This document shows, one piece after another, positions 13,701 through 22,812 of a stretch of DNA of 64,000 nucleotides. Under the pieces are notes generated by a model. The model saw only the letters and a list, made by a program, of their open reading frames with translations. It was not told the DNA's origin and did no database searches. Where the stretch lies: the NCBI GenBank assembly GCA_965644315.1, contig CBFFRQ010000056.1:186001-250000 (forward strand), read 5' to 3'. Positions within the stretch are counted from its first letter, which is position 1, and the number at the start of each line of letters is the position of its first letter. This stretch comes from Caecitellus pseudoparvulus. Lineage: Eukaryota; Protista; Bigyra: Bicosoecida. Made by a program: the position numbers and the translations under genes.

Positions 13701-14822
13701 TTCCCTGTCGCACTTGCGCGCCATGCCCAGCACGAGACGCAGCGGGTGATGGCCGAGGTGAAGGCCAGCATGGAAGCCAGTCGCTTCCACAAGAATCCCT
13801 TGTTGGGCGCCAAGGCAGGCCTGGCCCCAGCTCGCGACCCGCAACAGGCAGAAGATGTGCGCCCGGCACCGCAGGTGGCAAAAGCGGTGACAGAGCAAAC
13901 TCGAAAGCTAAAGAAGCACCGAGCTAGAACCCTGGGGTGCATGCTTCGCACTCTGTGTTGTTCTCAACACATGAGACAACGCGGTGCAGCGCTTATTCGT
14001 GATGCAGAGCGAGGCCTGTCAAAAACCGAAACCGCTTGGGCGCTCACAAATCAGTCCCCTCGCATTCGGAGGACAGCTTCACTTGCGTACATGGCTGCTG
14101 GGGAGTATCAGGCCCGGTACTCCTTCATGCGGTGTGTGGATTGGGCGCTACTGGTCACCTTAGCGCTGCTGATTCACGTTCAGCGTGTGAAAGGAGCAGA
14201 GCTGCCTGTCTGTGTTGGAATTGTCGTTGTGCTGCTGTTTACGGCATGCCTGGTGCTGACTCTCTCTCCAAACCAAGTCGACCAGAAGTGGAAAGAACCT
14301 GTGAAGGTCTGTGCTCTGCTGCTCTCCAGCATTGGGGCAGTGGCCAACTATGTCTTCTCGGCAGAAGGATCAAAGCCTGATCCGGCCGCAGCATCGGCCC
14401 TTGCGTGGATGGTTGTGGTGCTGACACTGCTCCTGCTGGGAAGCTTGCTGGTCGGTTTCTGGTTCTCCATGGTGTGGGCGGCACGCACCTCGCGAGATGC
14501 CCGACTTGCTGCCCTGGATGAAGCGGCAAAGCTGTCCTTCATGTGGACGGCTGGTTCGACAAGCAAGGCACAGAGTGATGCAAAGGCCCAGCCACCGGAC
14601 GTGCCGCGGCAAGCCCTTAAGCGCCTTGGGCAAAAGCAACGTGCATCTATCTCCGCTCCAAAGCGCCCGAGCGCTGCACGAGCAAGCATTGCGTCTGCGT
14701 CTCGGGTGGCACACGCTCCGTTGCTGGCTGCACGGGCTCGCTCAGGAGTGCTGCGACGTGGCAAGCGCCTGCCGCGGGCCATGCAGCAACGGCGCTTGGC
14801 TGGTCGCCAACCCCTAAAGTAG
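7752..14822 (+). CDS. Giant cell-surface protein: signal peptide, 6 C-type lectin-like domains, mucin-like S/T/P stalk, IPT-like and Cys-rich (GCC2/GCC3-like) segments, ~9-TM C-terminal module
   Basis: Single 2356-aa ORF with an LLLLLLL signal peptide. Six repeats of C..GW...CY/W/F...W(L)G...(V/I)C(E/Q). LCPGG..WPLPGYWS...C..GYTGFMCSRC Cys-rich block. About nine hydrophobic helices in the last ~600 aa. Confidence 0.9.
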   Translation: MRGRNASTAAALLLLLLLPTPQGEETLTSSMQSSQGAHGLLQRGGSFSRPLGVDGSGTHRRRRTAVTEPCKSGWLWDGNKFCYMVQVRNSQPSLCPDFSRLAAFSNAAELTGFIENVSTHTNWTSEAFTSFTSQKASTSDDTNVFSFLTLPHWRDPIALTPASQGDFSWLLGPGQPSGAGPRTLEVTVDGDLEVDGTKLKDETVLCQMLGGGRPAECKHGWTWYGDHCWKVITLEPHGYADSLFRPRFPGSSTSITDVCYEADPSAHVGGWYSVQDRNSLELLVEEAADGTLVGLSDVFSEGSPQWAAGRPSMAWHGPVHPPGHANNYDRNWAVAQSGGKIKWIGGGESISKVLCEMPAVSIRRNTFCEYGMVPHHGKCFGYLPHAGTVEQLEAACIDHFPDSHLYFPDNEKQAKWVAHFMASGRELVSDSEATAADIHLGALLGAGAPSALLLSSVRLNGEPLVLPNATNPMWAGSFAPLHVYTSGGISLGSSSNPSTGMKLRESSPTSTKRGVCASNHNVRCPRDGNKWVVFGRVCYLAVDTPLSWWDAQDACRAVGGHLAQLDSTTKMWYVSTFLLSPGTDTVWLGGMKIGSSPGVTLFPSMQVTGTPLPLWGFPPSTSGGPCLQATNTTATTLHAGWTLGTDACSKAAPSVCEIDTDAQVACGDTNMASWGGKCYAVETTPRTFNDSVTRCAAKGGALASLESFTEWRWVRKYMFKDLDPPPTGPTGVWVSATRATLDASSPWVWGTGHEVGFNDTNYVPVVVEGTKNYLCGHVSSEDGEISEKDCNTQLPSICEIPLKPRCPPGWTWSPAGRCLSRLGSSVQNFTASNELCSQAGAGGQLAEWRSYYDFLLVDDVVRDAPSWGWLGAREPAKTFAEAFDPPLSWLSGNDVTLGGMQHPATVYGTSGACATGRAPIGVSVYLHHDICTVPASAICQIDANWHKRNSTSLGKADLSSLMSTMWISAGSSSPSASPLPTPTPSPSRTAPPSTSPTSTASPSHTAPPSTSPTSTASPSHTAPPSTSPTSTASPSHTALPSTSPTSTPSTSRTALPSTSPTSTPSTSRTAPPSTSPTSTAPPSHTAPPSTSPTSTASPSHTAPPSTSPTSTAPPSHTAPPSTSPTSTASPSHTAPPSTSPTSTASPSHTAPPSTSPTSTAPPSHTAPPSTSPTSTASPSLTPQPTTSPLSTPTPSASHTPQPTTSPTPTATPSHTFTPSPSPSEAAWSLEWRPPSQRACSEHAACGASIGWDSSQTDQSSFPLGLNRRLTPGVESFSVAHSTHPDGVAFRIRWETAFPRSVGETRVTCRHKGAIVLDENFAPEAGATTPWIHFVPPPEELAPSEAALDRLLMVQCDLQTRDAQGQLVEFGKQSQQTIAAPVRPIAFPLFMDIVRLARGQSGNSMHLRGLWGEQGTQDHLQATSISSGSEAATVWAASHAPPLFATSSGKAASLAETLLPTQTDTPASYSMTLTATGNQTVYFIADVAHRGGLPGTSTSPVMQPFAFAPAMRVWLGSAECIVEGVSWNGLIAKVRLPPYESLCSSPEACFGAAGYRSIWLANPPVILPSWHRAVRVTHATRSSTSPDGFIGSSHALWMEHARMWTPTSIRAMNGTQGGIVSCGHACAGVRAASGSTSTALYISEECLAFPAPGPWCLDPASAASCAYGSGDSCEPCGEGALCPGGHRRWPLPGYWSAQEAGSVVRCPPPADRCKGWNMTSQTVACSNGYTGFMCSRCAGGHFPTATGECDPCPIRDDPVQAFMQPLLYLATAALGIFLVTAAIVYVVIVICLQGELAEGMKAAGRLVLSMVGTLQIVAQVGKGVQPGMPDMLLQMYSILDLVQLETSGISPAACLAGSVFAQDVIVFGCVIFVCCVVLGALALARIFPNKNLPTTISKRSKLPLGAFLKAGILLLALAVPQVANRAIAILSCTPLQITTSTGQGQLFVHSEWRMLSQPSQLCFDGEHSLAFGLAFVAVILHLVAFPVALARHAQHETQRVMAEVKASMEASRFHKNPLLGAKAGLAPARDPQQAEDVRPAPQVAKAVTEQTRKLKKHRARTLGCMLRTLCCSQHMRQRGAALIRDAERGLSKTETAWALTNQSPRIRRTASLAYMAAGEYQARYSFMRCVDWALLVTLALLIHVQRVKGAELPVCVGIVVVLLFTACLVLTLSPNQVDQKWKEPVKVCALLLSSIGAVANYVFSAEGSKPDPAAASALAWMVVVLTLLLLGSLLVGFWFSMVWAARTSRDARLAALDEAAKLSFMWTAGSTSKAQSDAKAQPPDVPRQALKRLGQKQRASISAPKRPSAARASIASASRVAHAPLLAARARSGVLRRGKRLPRAMQQRRLAGRQPLK
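10703..11278 (+). repeat. Coding tandem repeat, 12 x 48 nt (16-aa SPSHTAPPSTSPTSTA mucin-like unit)
   Basis: Unit ctcgccatcccacacggcgccgccctccacatcgccgacgtccaccgc recurs at 10703, 10751 and so on with few substitutions. Degenerate copies continue to ~11420. Confidence 0.95.
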
Positions 14823-14863
14823 CACTTCAACTTCATGTTTGTCTTGATAATGTGTGTGAAAAT

Positions 14864-16207
14864 TCACTTGCATTCTGCTTTGGCGCCGACAAGTCGGCTT
14901 TGCGCGCAGTGACTCTGCAGCCAGATGTACTCTGACTGCGGAAACTCCTGCGTCGCAAGTTCAACCAAACAGTGGCTCTCCACTGGCGGAGCTGCTGCTC
15001 GACACGCCTCCACCAGCGTGCAGGCTGCGTGCAAAGCGTCAGGATCTGCGATGCCGCCCTGGTCCAATACAGCTGCCCTAACTGAAGCACAGCCTGGAAC
15101 TTGAAGGCTGCACACCAACGCACATGCCACATTCACTGTGCGCAGCCTGTGCGTTGCGCGCAGCAAGCTCAGGATGTCCACGAGCGTGTACGCTTCGAGC
15201 TGCAGCGAGTCCAGTGCAGCCCTGGACAGGGACGGCCCGCCCTCCGCCTCATGCAGCCAGTGAGCCGCGTGCAAAACTACTGAGACGTATTCAAACAAGC
15301 TATGGGGGTGGATCTTCCAATCCAGGGCCGAGATGACGTGCGCCTCCGCAGCAAAGAGCCCCGTGCAATCTCGGCCCGTGAATCCCAAGACCACTCTGTC
15401 TGGAACTGGTGGCGCAGCGGCCACGGCAGACACGGTTTCAACGTGGGCATCGTCGCCTTGAGAGGATGCAAATGACCCTCCGCTTGATGGGGTACCAGCG
15501 GCGCCAGCAGCGCCAGCAGCAACGGGACTGCTGGCCGTCGGGACGGCTGCCTGAGCTGAGTCGCTGGCGAGCTGCACTACGCTCGGGGCGGGCATCACCT
15601 CGCAGTAATCCGTAACGGGGGGCGGGTACAGCTCCTGCGGTGCAGCGGGGGTTTGTGTGTGGCGGTGGCTCTGGGTGGCATGCGCGTGCCCTGCACGCAC
15701 CAGCATCTTGCAGGCAATGTGCAGGCAGGCACAGGCAAGCCCGTGCAGGCCGAAGCGGTTGGCGGTGCTCAGTGGTGTCTGTGAGGAGGGTTCATGCAGA
15801 GCTGATGAACAAATTGCCAACACATTGGGCTTTCGCGGCTGGTGGGGCGGCGCGCTCACCTGCTTGAGCGTGCAGACCAGCAGCGTGATGGCATTGTGGC
15901 ACGTGGCTCGGTACAGGCGCATGTGACGGCCCAGTTCCATGGTCCAGTCCACGATATCCTTGAAGATGCTCTCCGGGAGGGCTTCAAAAGCGCTGCTGCC
16001 ATCGGGAAGGCAGGACGGTTGGTCTCCCAAAGTGTGTGCTCTGTGCAGCTCTTCAAATGCTCGGGCGCGCAAGTCCGCGGCAGCGCGTCTGGCACCAAGA
16101 GAGCCCAGAGCACCTTTCCTCCGAGCTTTCCTGCATTCTTGGCTCAGTGGCTGTCCTCTGGCTTCGCTGAGAGCGCTGGGGGTCTCCCTGCGGCGCTTCT
16201 GGCTCAT
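14864..16207 (-). CDS. Divergent cyclin (cyclin N-terminal box)
   Basis: IVDWTMELGRHMRLYRATCHNAITLL, LACACLHIACKML|ELYPP and AEAHVISALDWKI. Two in-frame introns, 15859..15779 (81 nt) and 15700..15635 (66 nt), are hidden in the ORF. Confidence 0.75.
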   Translation of the reverse strand: MSQKRRRETPSALSEARGQPLSQECRKARRKGALGSLGARRAAADLRARAFEELHRAHTLGDQPSCLPDGSSAFEALPESIFKDIVDWTMELGRHMRLYRATCHNAITLLVCTLKQVSAPPHQPRKPNVLAICSSALHEPSSQTPLSTANRFGLHGLACACLHIACKMLVRAGHAHATQSHRHTQTPAAPQELYPPPVTDYCEVMPAPSVVQLASDSAQAAVPTASSPVAAGAAGAAGTPSSGGSFASSQGDDAHVETVSAVAAAPPVPDRVVLGFTGRDCTGLFAAEAHVISALDWKIHPHSLFEYVSVVLHAAHWLHEAEGGPSLSRAALDSLQLEAYTLVDILSLLRATHRLRTVNVACALVCSLQVPGCASVRAAVLDQGGIADPDALHAACTLVEACRAAAPPVESHCLVELATQEFPQSEYIWLQSHCAQSRLVGAKAECK

Positions 16208-16562
16208 GAGAACGAGTTGGCGTGTGCAGCCGCATCAAGTTCCGCAGCCACACTGCCAAGGCCGCTGCCTCCTCTGGACAGCAGGCACTGCAGACAGACA
16301 TGCAGCAGGGGGGCAGAAACAAACAAGACAAGTGTGGCCCCCGGTAATTTGGGTTCACTGCGACTCTGTGGGCGCCTTGCAGAGTGCACTGTGAAGGGCA
16401 GACACGCCGCAGGGTGTCTCGTTCACCAACCTGACCCATACAAGCGACAAGCGAGCACAGATGGCTGAGACTGCCGCACCAGCACACCAGAGGGGCGTGG
16501 GGCGCTTCAGCACGGCAGCTCCCAAACACGGCGCTCAGCAACAGGGGGTGCATTCAGCTGCC

Positions 16563-17415
16563 TCACATGAAGTTCATGAGCCAGGCCAGGCCCTTGTCGT
16601 AGCCCCACTTCTTGACCACGGAGCACATGTACAGCTCCAGGGGGCGCACGCCCTCCACCCGGCTGGTGGCCTCCTTGCCTGTCGTCTGCGTCAGCCCCAG
16701 CATGGCGCGCAGCTCCTGCTCGCGGTACGCGTCGCGCTTGTCTGCCTTGTTGCCCAGCACTAGGAAGGGCACGTTCATCAGCGAGGGCGTGTTCAGCAAC
16801 TCCTGTGAAAGGTAACGAAACGACTGGGTGCAGCAGCTGCGCCAATGGTGGCTCAGGGAGCGGGGCAGCAGCAAGCTGTACGCCCGCACCACTGCAGCGC
16901 ACACGTGGAAGCGCCGTGCCACGCACATCAAGCTCCTTCTTCGACTCTGGGATGCGCTCCTGGTCCGCAGCGTCCACGATGTAGATCACAGCATCCACTT
17001 CGTCGAAGTAAGTGGGCCACACCTTGCGAGCTGTGGTGTGAGGGGGCGGGGGGCCGACAACCAGTGATGTGCGTTGCCGCGTGCGGAACTTCCTGTGGGC
17101 CTGCCGCCACGCACCAGTCTCGTGGCCCCCCAAGTCGTGAGCAGTGCACACGACGCTGCCGATCTGCAACTCTTCCTTGCCTGCAGAGAGAGGGGGAGAC
17201 AGGCCATGCAGGCGGTCGGCGGCGAAGGCGGCACGCAGACCAGTCGTACCGGCATGAATGGTGCCCTCGAACTGCTTCAGCTTGTCAGACTTGAGCATGT
17301 GCAGCATGGTGGTCTTGCCGGCATTGTCCAGGCCCGGGAAGAGGATCTTGGCCTCCTTTGACCAGATGCCCATGTAGGCCAAGATCTCCGTGAACCAGTC
17401 CCAAACGGCGGCCAT
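16563..17415 (-). CDS. SAR1: Sar1 small GTPase (COPII)
   Basis: Amphipathic MAAVWDWFTEILAYMG, GLDNAGKTT, DLGGH, NKAD, RPLELYMCSVV and GYDKGLAWL. Introns 17249..17181, 17114..17031 and 16926..16803. Confidence 0.95.
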
Positions 17416-17912
17416 GGCTGTGAGGATGTGCGGAAATCGAAGACCACTGAAGCGCCAACAGCTACCGGGCAGCAACAAAGGAGACAGCCGGGGGTGGTGA
17501 CGTGCGATGTGTTTTGTTGTGGCCGCCGCGACCTCAGGCTCTGACCTTGTCCTGTCCAAAGCGCCCCCACAGGTTGCCCAGCTTCACTTGTGTTGGCGCA
17601 GAGGGCCACATAAATGCTGCATGCACACAACCGACCAAAGGACGTGCTCACATCGCCTCGCGCAGCCATCCCCCCCTGCCTTCTTGAGCTGTGCCACGCA
17701 GCGCCCCCATGCGAAGTGGGACAGTTTGCCACTTGGGCACTGTCTCGCACTGCTTCGCTCGTGTACCGCCGGAAGAATTGACGAATGTGCATATCAGCAT
17801 AAGGGCCTGAACTGTACCGCCAAGTAGCATCACATTCCCTGCATCCTGAATTCTCTACCGCCCGAGGAAGGCTGGTTGGGGCGGTGCTTTGCTGCGGAAA
17901 TTGGTTCGGAGC

Positions 17913-20603
17913 ATGGCGGGTCAGATCACCTCACGCACCTTGCCCCCAGCCCATGCGAGCAGCCTCGTGAAGTTGGACCCAACCCATGCACTGTATGTGG
18001 GTGGGTGGAACCGGGGGTACATTAATGGCTCGGAAGTGGACACGTACCTGTTCGAGGCGCACGTTTTAGAGGTGGTGCGGGGAGGCAGCGGGTCGCCACG
18101 AGTCGAGCGAAAGCCCTGCCTCGTGAGGGACGGCGGTGGCGCCCTGACGCACCCACGTGACATGCCCTCAGGGCTGCTTGCGCAAGGCGTCTTCTGGACG
18201 TGGGGCGGCGGGTCGTTGTGGAGTGATGACGCCATCCAGAAGGACATGCTCGTGCTGCACCCTTCCTGGGCACAGCCTTCCGCCCCGCCTGTGGAAACAG
18301 AGCCTGCAGCGAGTACCCCCAGTGCTCAGCAAGCTGCTGAGTCACCTCCGCCTGTCACTGCTACCACTCTATGGGCTGATGTAACGTGGGACATCGTGCG
18401 GTGCTCTGGGCCGAGCCCCGGCCGACGACAGGGCCACTCCTTCACCCTGCTGCCCAGCGACAAGCCCGTGTTCGGGACGATGCCACGGGCTGGCACGTCC
18501 CATGCGCTGCTCATGGGCGGCCAGTCTCGTCGTGGGTCCCACAACGACGTGTGGCTGGCGCGGCTGTCAGCAAGAGTCACTCTGGGCGGGCGCACCAGCA
18601 AGTGGGACGCATGCTTCCACAGAGTGCAGGGAGGGGGCCAGCCGGGCCGCCTGCACTTGGAGGTTGCCTGGGAGCAGTTGCAGCCGCATGGAGATCCCCC
18701 CCCTCCCCGCATGGGGCACAGTGCCGCGTGGTCGAACGGGTCTCTGTGGGTTTTCGGTGGCGCCAGGTGGCAGGCGTACGACGCGACAACACACAACGAC
18801 ATCAAGCGCTTGGATGGCGAGGCGATGGAATGGGTGGGAAGAGGAAGGATGCCAAGCCACGCTGCCGTGAGCGAACCGTCAGAGGCCCCCGCCCAGGACG
18901 CAGAACAGGCCAGCCTGCCGGGTCGGCGCCGAACACGCAGCCAACGCGCAGCAGCAGCCGCACCGCCTTCCGCCGACTCCTTGTGGCTGCCGGCACGCCT
19001 CGCCTGCTTGGCAGTGAGCAAATCCCGTGTGGAGGGCATGATGTGGCGCAACTGCATTCTCAGCCGCGGTGGGCCGGGGATGGTTCGGTGCCGCTGCGGC
19101 TTGTACTGCTGTGCGATTGAATCCGCCACACCGTGTGTGCTGCACCCACACTGGCAGCTGGAGCCAGTTGACATGGCGAAGCCTGGTGTGGCTGAGGAAA
19201 TAGCGAAACGAGATAACATTCTGCGGGTTCTCGTCTCCCAGTGCGACGCGTGGGGCCTCCTTGCCCCGAACTCCAACACCCGGTGGCCGCTCCTCCCAAC
19301 TGCAGCCCACCAGGACCACATTCACGACCCGAGAAACAAACACCCGTGGTACCCACGCTCGTCGCCCTGCCGACGATTTGCACATGCTTGGGTGGATATT
19401 GGGGACAGCAAGCTGATGCTGCATGGGGGGTGGGCCTTCCTCCGGGACGGGGGCTCCATGCCTGCATGGGAGGTTCCGCGGGCAGCCACACCTCACCCCG
19501 CTCACGCTTCAACGGCTGCACTGCCGCCACTTGCATCGCGAAGCGCACTGGTGCAGTACAGGGGAGAGGGTGAAATCGTGAAATCACCCGAGCCTGGCAG
19601 CCTGCGTGTGGGTGGCTCGGTGTTCATGCCGCTCACACACGTGTTCTGCACACGCACTGAGCACTGGCAGTCTCTTCGGGATGCCCTGCCGCCACACACC
19701 GCTGCCGCCATGGCAACCTATGGCCCGCGCATGGGGCACTCCTTCCTGGTCATTGACGACTTCCTTCTTGTGGTGGGGGGACACACCGGCTCCCACCCAG
19801 TCTCGGAGCCGCGCCTGTTGCCGCTGCGCCAGCGGCCAGACCTGCCGCCCTGCCCCCCGCCGATCCCCCTGCAAGCCACGCTGCAGAAGGGCAAAGCCGT
19901 GCCCTTTGACTTCACCATCCACGCCCAAGAGAGCGACTCGGCGCCGCAGTCTGTGCCCTGCCATGCTGTGCTGTGGCAGGCGGCGTCAGGCACCATGGCA
20001 GTTCGGGCGGCATCGGGGCTGCCGGACGCGTCCCCGAACAGCATCACAGTGCACGCCGCAGAAGCAGGCGTCTGGCAGGCCATCGTGGAGAGTCTGTATG
20101 ACTCCAGAGTGGCCCTGTCCTTCGCCCAGTGGCCACTGCAGAAACTGCTGGCCCTGGCCGCCGCCGTGGACGAGTGGGACGTGTCACACCTTGCGCCTGC
20201 CTTGGCGGGCGCGCTGTGCGAGAAAGTCACCCTGCAGACAGTGCGCGCGCTGGTGAGTGTGGCGGGGACGTATGGCGGGACACACCGCCTGCAGTGCGTG
20301 TGTTTGGAGTTCCTCGCGAACAACCTGCTGCCCCTGGTGGCGGAGGAGGTGGAGGCACTGCGAAGTGGCGCCACGGGGCTGTGCGCAGAGGAAACGCCCC
20401 TCCTGCTCGCCGCCAAGTGGCTCGCAGAAGCCTTGCCGCCGTACAAGGACGGCGAAGACATGCGGCAGTTCATTCTGCGGGAGCCGACGGAGCCACTCCC
20501 GTGCAGTCCGGTGTTCACGGCAGCCGTGCAGGTGTGGGTGTGGAGCCAGGCACAGCACCAACCTCCCGATTGGACCGCAGGGCGCCATCTTGCAGGGTTG
20601 TGA
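17913..20603 (+). CDS. Kelch-repeat + C-terminal BTB/BACK-like protein (LZTR1-like architecture)
   Basis: Kelch blades PGRRQGHS..LLMGG..NDVW, PPPRMGHSA..LWVFGG, RRFAHA..LHGG and PRMGHS..VVGG. BTB-like FDFTIHA...CHAVL...IVESLY...AAVDEWDV. Confidence 0.8.
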   Translation: MAGQITSRTLPPAHASSLVKLDPTHALYVGGWNRGYINGSEVDTYLFEAHVLEVVRGGSGSPRVERKPCLVRDGGGALTHPRDMPSGLLAQGVFWTWGGGSLWSDDAIQKDMLVLHPSWAQPSAPPVETEPAASTPSAQQAAESPPPVTATTLWADVTWDIVRCSGPSPGRRQGHSFTLLPSDKPVFGTMPRAGTSHALLMGGQSRRGSHNDVWLARLSARVTLGGRTSKWDACFHRVQGGGQPGRLHLEVAWEQLQPHGDPPPPRMGHSAAWSNGSLWVFGGARWQAYDATTHNDIKRLDGEAMEWVGRGRMPSHAAVSEPSEAPAQDAEQASLPGRRRTRSQRAAAAAPPSADSLWLPARLACLAVSKSRVEGMMWRNCILSRGGPGMVRCRCGLYCCAIESATPCVLHPHWQLEPVDMAKPGVAEEIAKRDNILRVLVSQCDAWGLLAPNSNTRWPLLPTAAHQDHIHDPRNKHPWYPRSSPCRRFAHAWVDIGDSKLMLHGGWAFLRDGGSMPAWEVPRAATPHPAHASTAALPPLASRSALVQYRGEGEIVKSPEPGSLRVGGSVFMPLTHVFCTRTEHWQSLRDALPPHTAAAMATYGPRMGHSFLVIDDFLLVVGGHTGSHPVSEPRLLPLRQRPDLPPCPPPIPLQATLQKGKAVPFDFTIHAQESDSAPQSVPCHAVLWQAASGTMAVRAASGLPDASPNSITVHAAEAGVWQAIVESLYDSRVALSFAQWPLQKLLALAAAVDEWDVSHLAPALAGALCEKVTLQTVRALVSVAGTYGGTHRLQCVCLEFLANNLLPLVAEEVEALRSGATGLCAEETPLLLAAKWLAEALPPYKDGEDMRQFILREPTEPLPCSPVFTAAVQVWVWSQAQHQPPDWTAGRHLAGL

Positions 20604-20664
20604 GCCCCCCTCCCCTCCCCCCTGCAGCGCAGGACAATGCATTGTGGGTGGCAGCGTCGCGGCG

Positions 20665-22293
20665 TCAGGAGCCGCCCCTCCGGGCCCCCTGCACCAGCCG
20701 CACATCCTCCTCCGATTTGAACACGCCCTTGGGCAAGTACCCCTCCAGTGCCGTCGCATGCTCCAGCAGCAGCCTGCGCCGAGCCTCCGCCACGACCCGG
20801 GCGCGGTACTCCTCCTGAGCCGCCGCCTCGGCAGCTGCACGCTCCTCTGCTGCCTGCTGGGCCTGGTAGGCCGACATGCGTTCCCGCTGCTGGGCGGAGA
20901 TGTCCGATTTGAACTGCTCCCGTGCCGCCGCCCGTGCCTTGGCTGCCTCCGCCTCCGCCTCCTGCTCCGAGGCCAGGCGGTCCAGGAACTGCTTCACCAG
21001 CTCCGCCTCCCGTGCCGCCTCCTCTGCGCGCTGGGCCTCCTGCAGGCGCTTCTGCGCCTCCACCGCCTGCCGCATCTCCCGCCGCGCCTCAACCGTGGCA
21101 GCTTCCCGCGCCGCAGCCTCAGCCCGCGCCTTGGCCGCCGCCTCCTCCTCCACGATGACCCACCGCAGACGGTCCTCCTCCTCCTCCTGCCGCCGGCGCG
21201 CCTCCTGCTCCTTCACGATGGCCTGGTACGCCTGCTGCTTGCTGGCCAGGTCGGCGTGCTTGGCAGCCGCCACTGCCTCCCGCTGGGCTGCCTGCGCCTC
21301 CAGATACTGCCGCTCCGCCAGCTCCGCGTCACGCTCCGCCTGGCGCTGAGCCTCCACGTGCTGTGCGCGCTGCACCTTGAACTCGTCGATGAGGGCGCGT
21401 GTGTGCGCTTGCTTCTGCGCGCGGGCGGCGGCCGCCTGCCGCTCCTCCTCAGCGATGCGGGCGACGACGGCGTCCACCTGCGCACGCTCACGGGCCGCCT
21501 GCTCCTCGCCCTCCACGAAGCGCTGCATCTCGCGCTGGCGAATCTGGTCCTTCACCACCGCTGCATCGGCACGCTTGGCTGCAGCTGCCTCCGCCTCACG
21601 CTTGGCCTCAGCCTCCAACACGCGAGCCCGCTCAGCCTCCATGGCCGCGTCCATGGCAGCGTCAGCCTTCGCTTCCTCCCGCCGAATGGCATCCTGCTCT
21701 TTGCGCTGCTCGGCCAGTTCTTTGTTTGCGTACGCTTGCTGTGGGGGGCAGGGTGCGCTGTCCGTGAGGCGAGGGCGCACAGCGTTTCCGGGTGAAACGC
21801 CAGCCAACCCCACGCAGCCACGCCACGCACCTTCAGCAGCTCCTGCAGCTGTCTCAGCTCGGGATCCTGCTCACAGATGCGCTGCACGTCCTTCCTCCTG
21901 CTCTCCTCCTCGCGCTTGCGCCGCTCCAGCTCAATGGCGAGAGACTCATCCTGCTGCAGCCGCCTCTGGCGTTGGCGCTCAAACTTCGCCTTGTCCTGCA
22001 TGCCCTGCTCAAACATGAGCTCGCTGGCTCGCATGGCATGCTCATTTCGACGGCGTCGCTGTGCTATCTTGGTGTGCCTGCAGGCAGGGCGGGGCGGCGG
22101 GGTGGCGCTGCCGCGTGCCTGGCGCACCATCTGTCATCGCAAGCACGCACGTTGCTGCTGCAGCCGCCTGCAGCGTGCGCTGGCGAGCAAACTTCTCCAG
22201 GTCCGCGACACGTGCTTCCTCTGCACTCTTGCGGGCGATGCGCGCCTCGGCGGCGTTGGAGTACCTGCCCTCAGGCACCCAGGGGAACGCCAT
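20665..22293 (-). CDS. MNS1: Meiosis-specific nuclear structural protein 1 (axonemal coiled-coil, trichohyalin-plectin homology)
   Basis: QRICEQDPELRQLQELLK|QAYANKE and the C-terminal RRRLLLEHATALEGYLPKGVFKSEED match MNS1 signatures. Introns 22150..22078 and 21830..21739. Confidence 0.85.
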
Positions 22294-22812
22294 GGTGACG
22301 ATGTCGAGCCTGCCGCAACGCCGATGAAACTCCCAGCTGCACCGGTGCAGAGTAGCGCTCCCTCACCTTTGCCGTGCATGCCTCACATGCACAGGGACTG
22401 TTCGCTGTGCAGGGTGCGTGGTATCTGCTCGGGGGGGGCGATTGCACACCCCCTTTCGCAACGTAGCCGAGGCCCAGCCTTCCGTGGCAGGCGAGCTATC
22501 CAAAAAGGCCAGGCCGGCATGCCAGCCGGGGATCGGCGAGGACACACTTGGGCCGGGGTGGCAAAGTCCACGCCGCCCGCCGCCTCTTCACAACACGACG
22601 CCCACACACCAACTTGAAGGGGACTTCGCTCTCCCCGCCGTCCGCCACGTCCGTGTCGGCGAAGCAGGGCTGCCTTTGGGGCACCTGCCTCTCGTGCGGG
22701 CTGTTGCAGGTGCTGGCTGCAGCAGCGCCAGGCTGCAGCGCCTGCCGTGAAGGCGACGCCACACACTGCCCTCCCACACACGGACGCTGTGTTGGAGAGT
22801 GACGTGCTGGCC

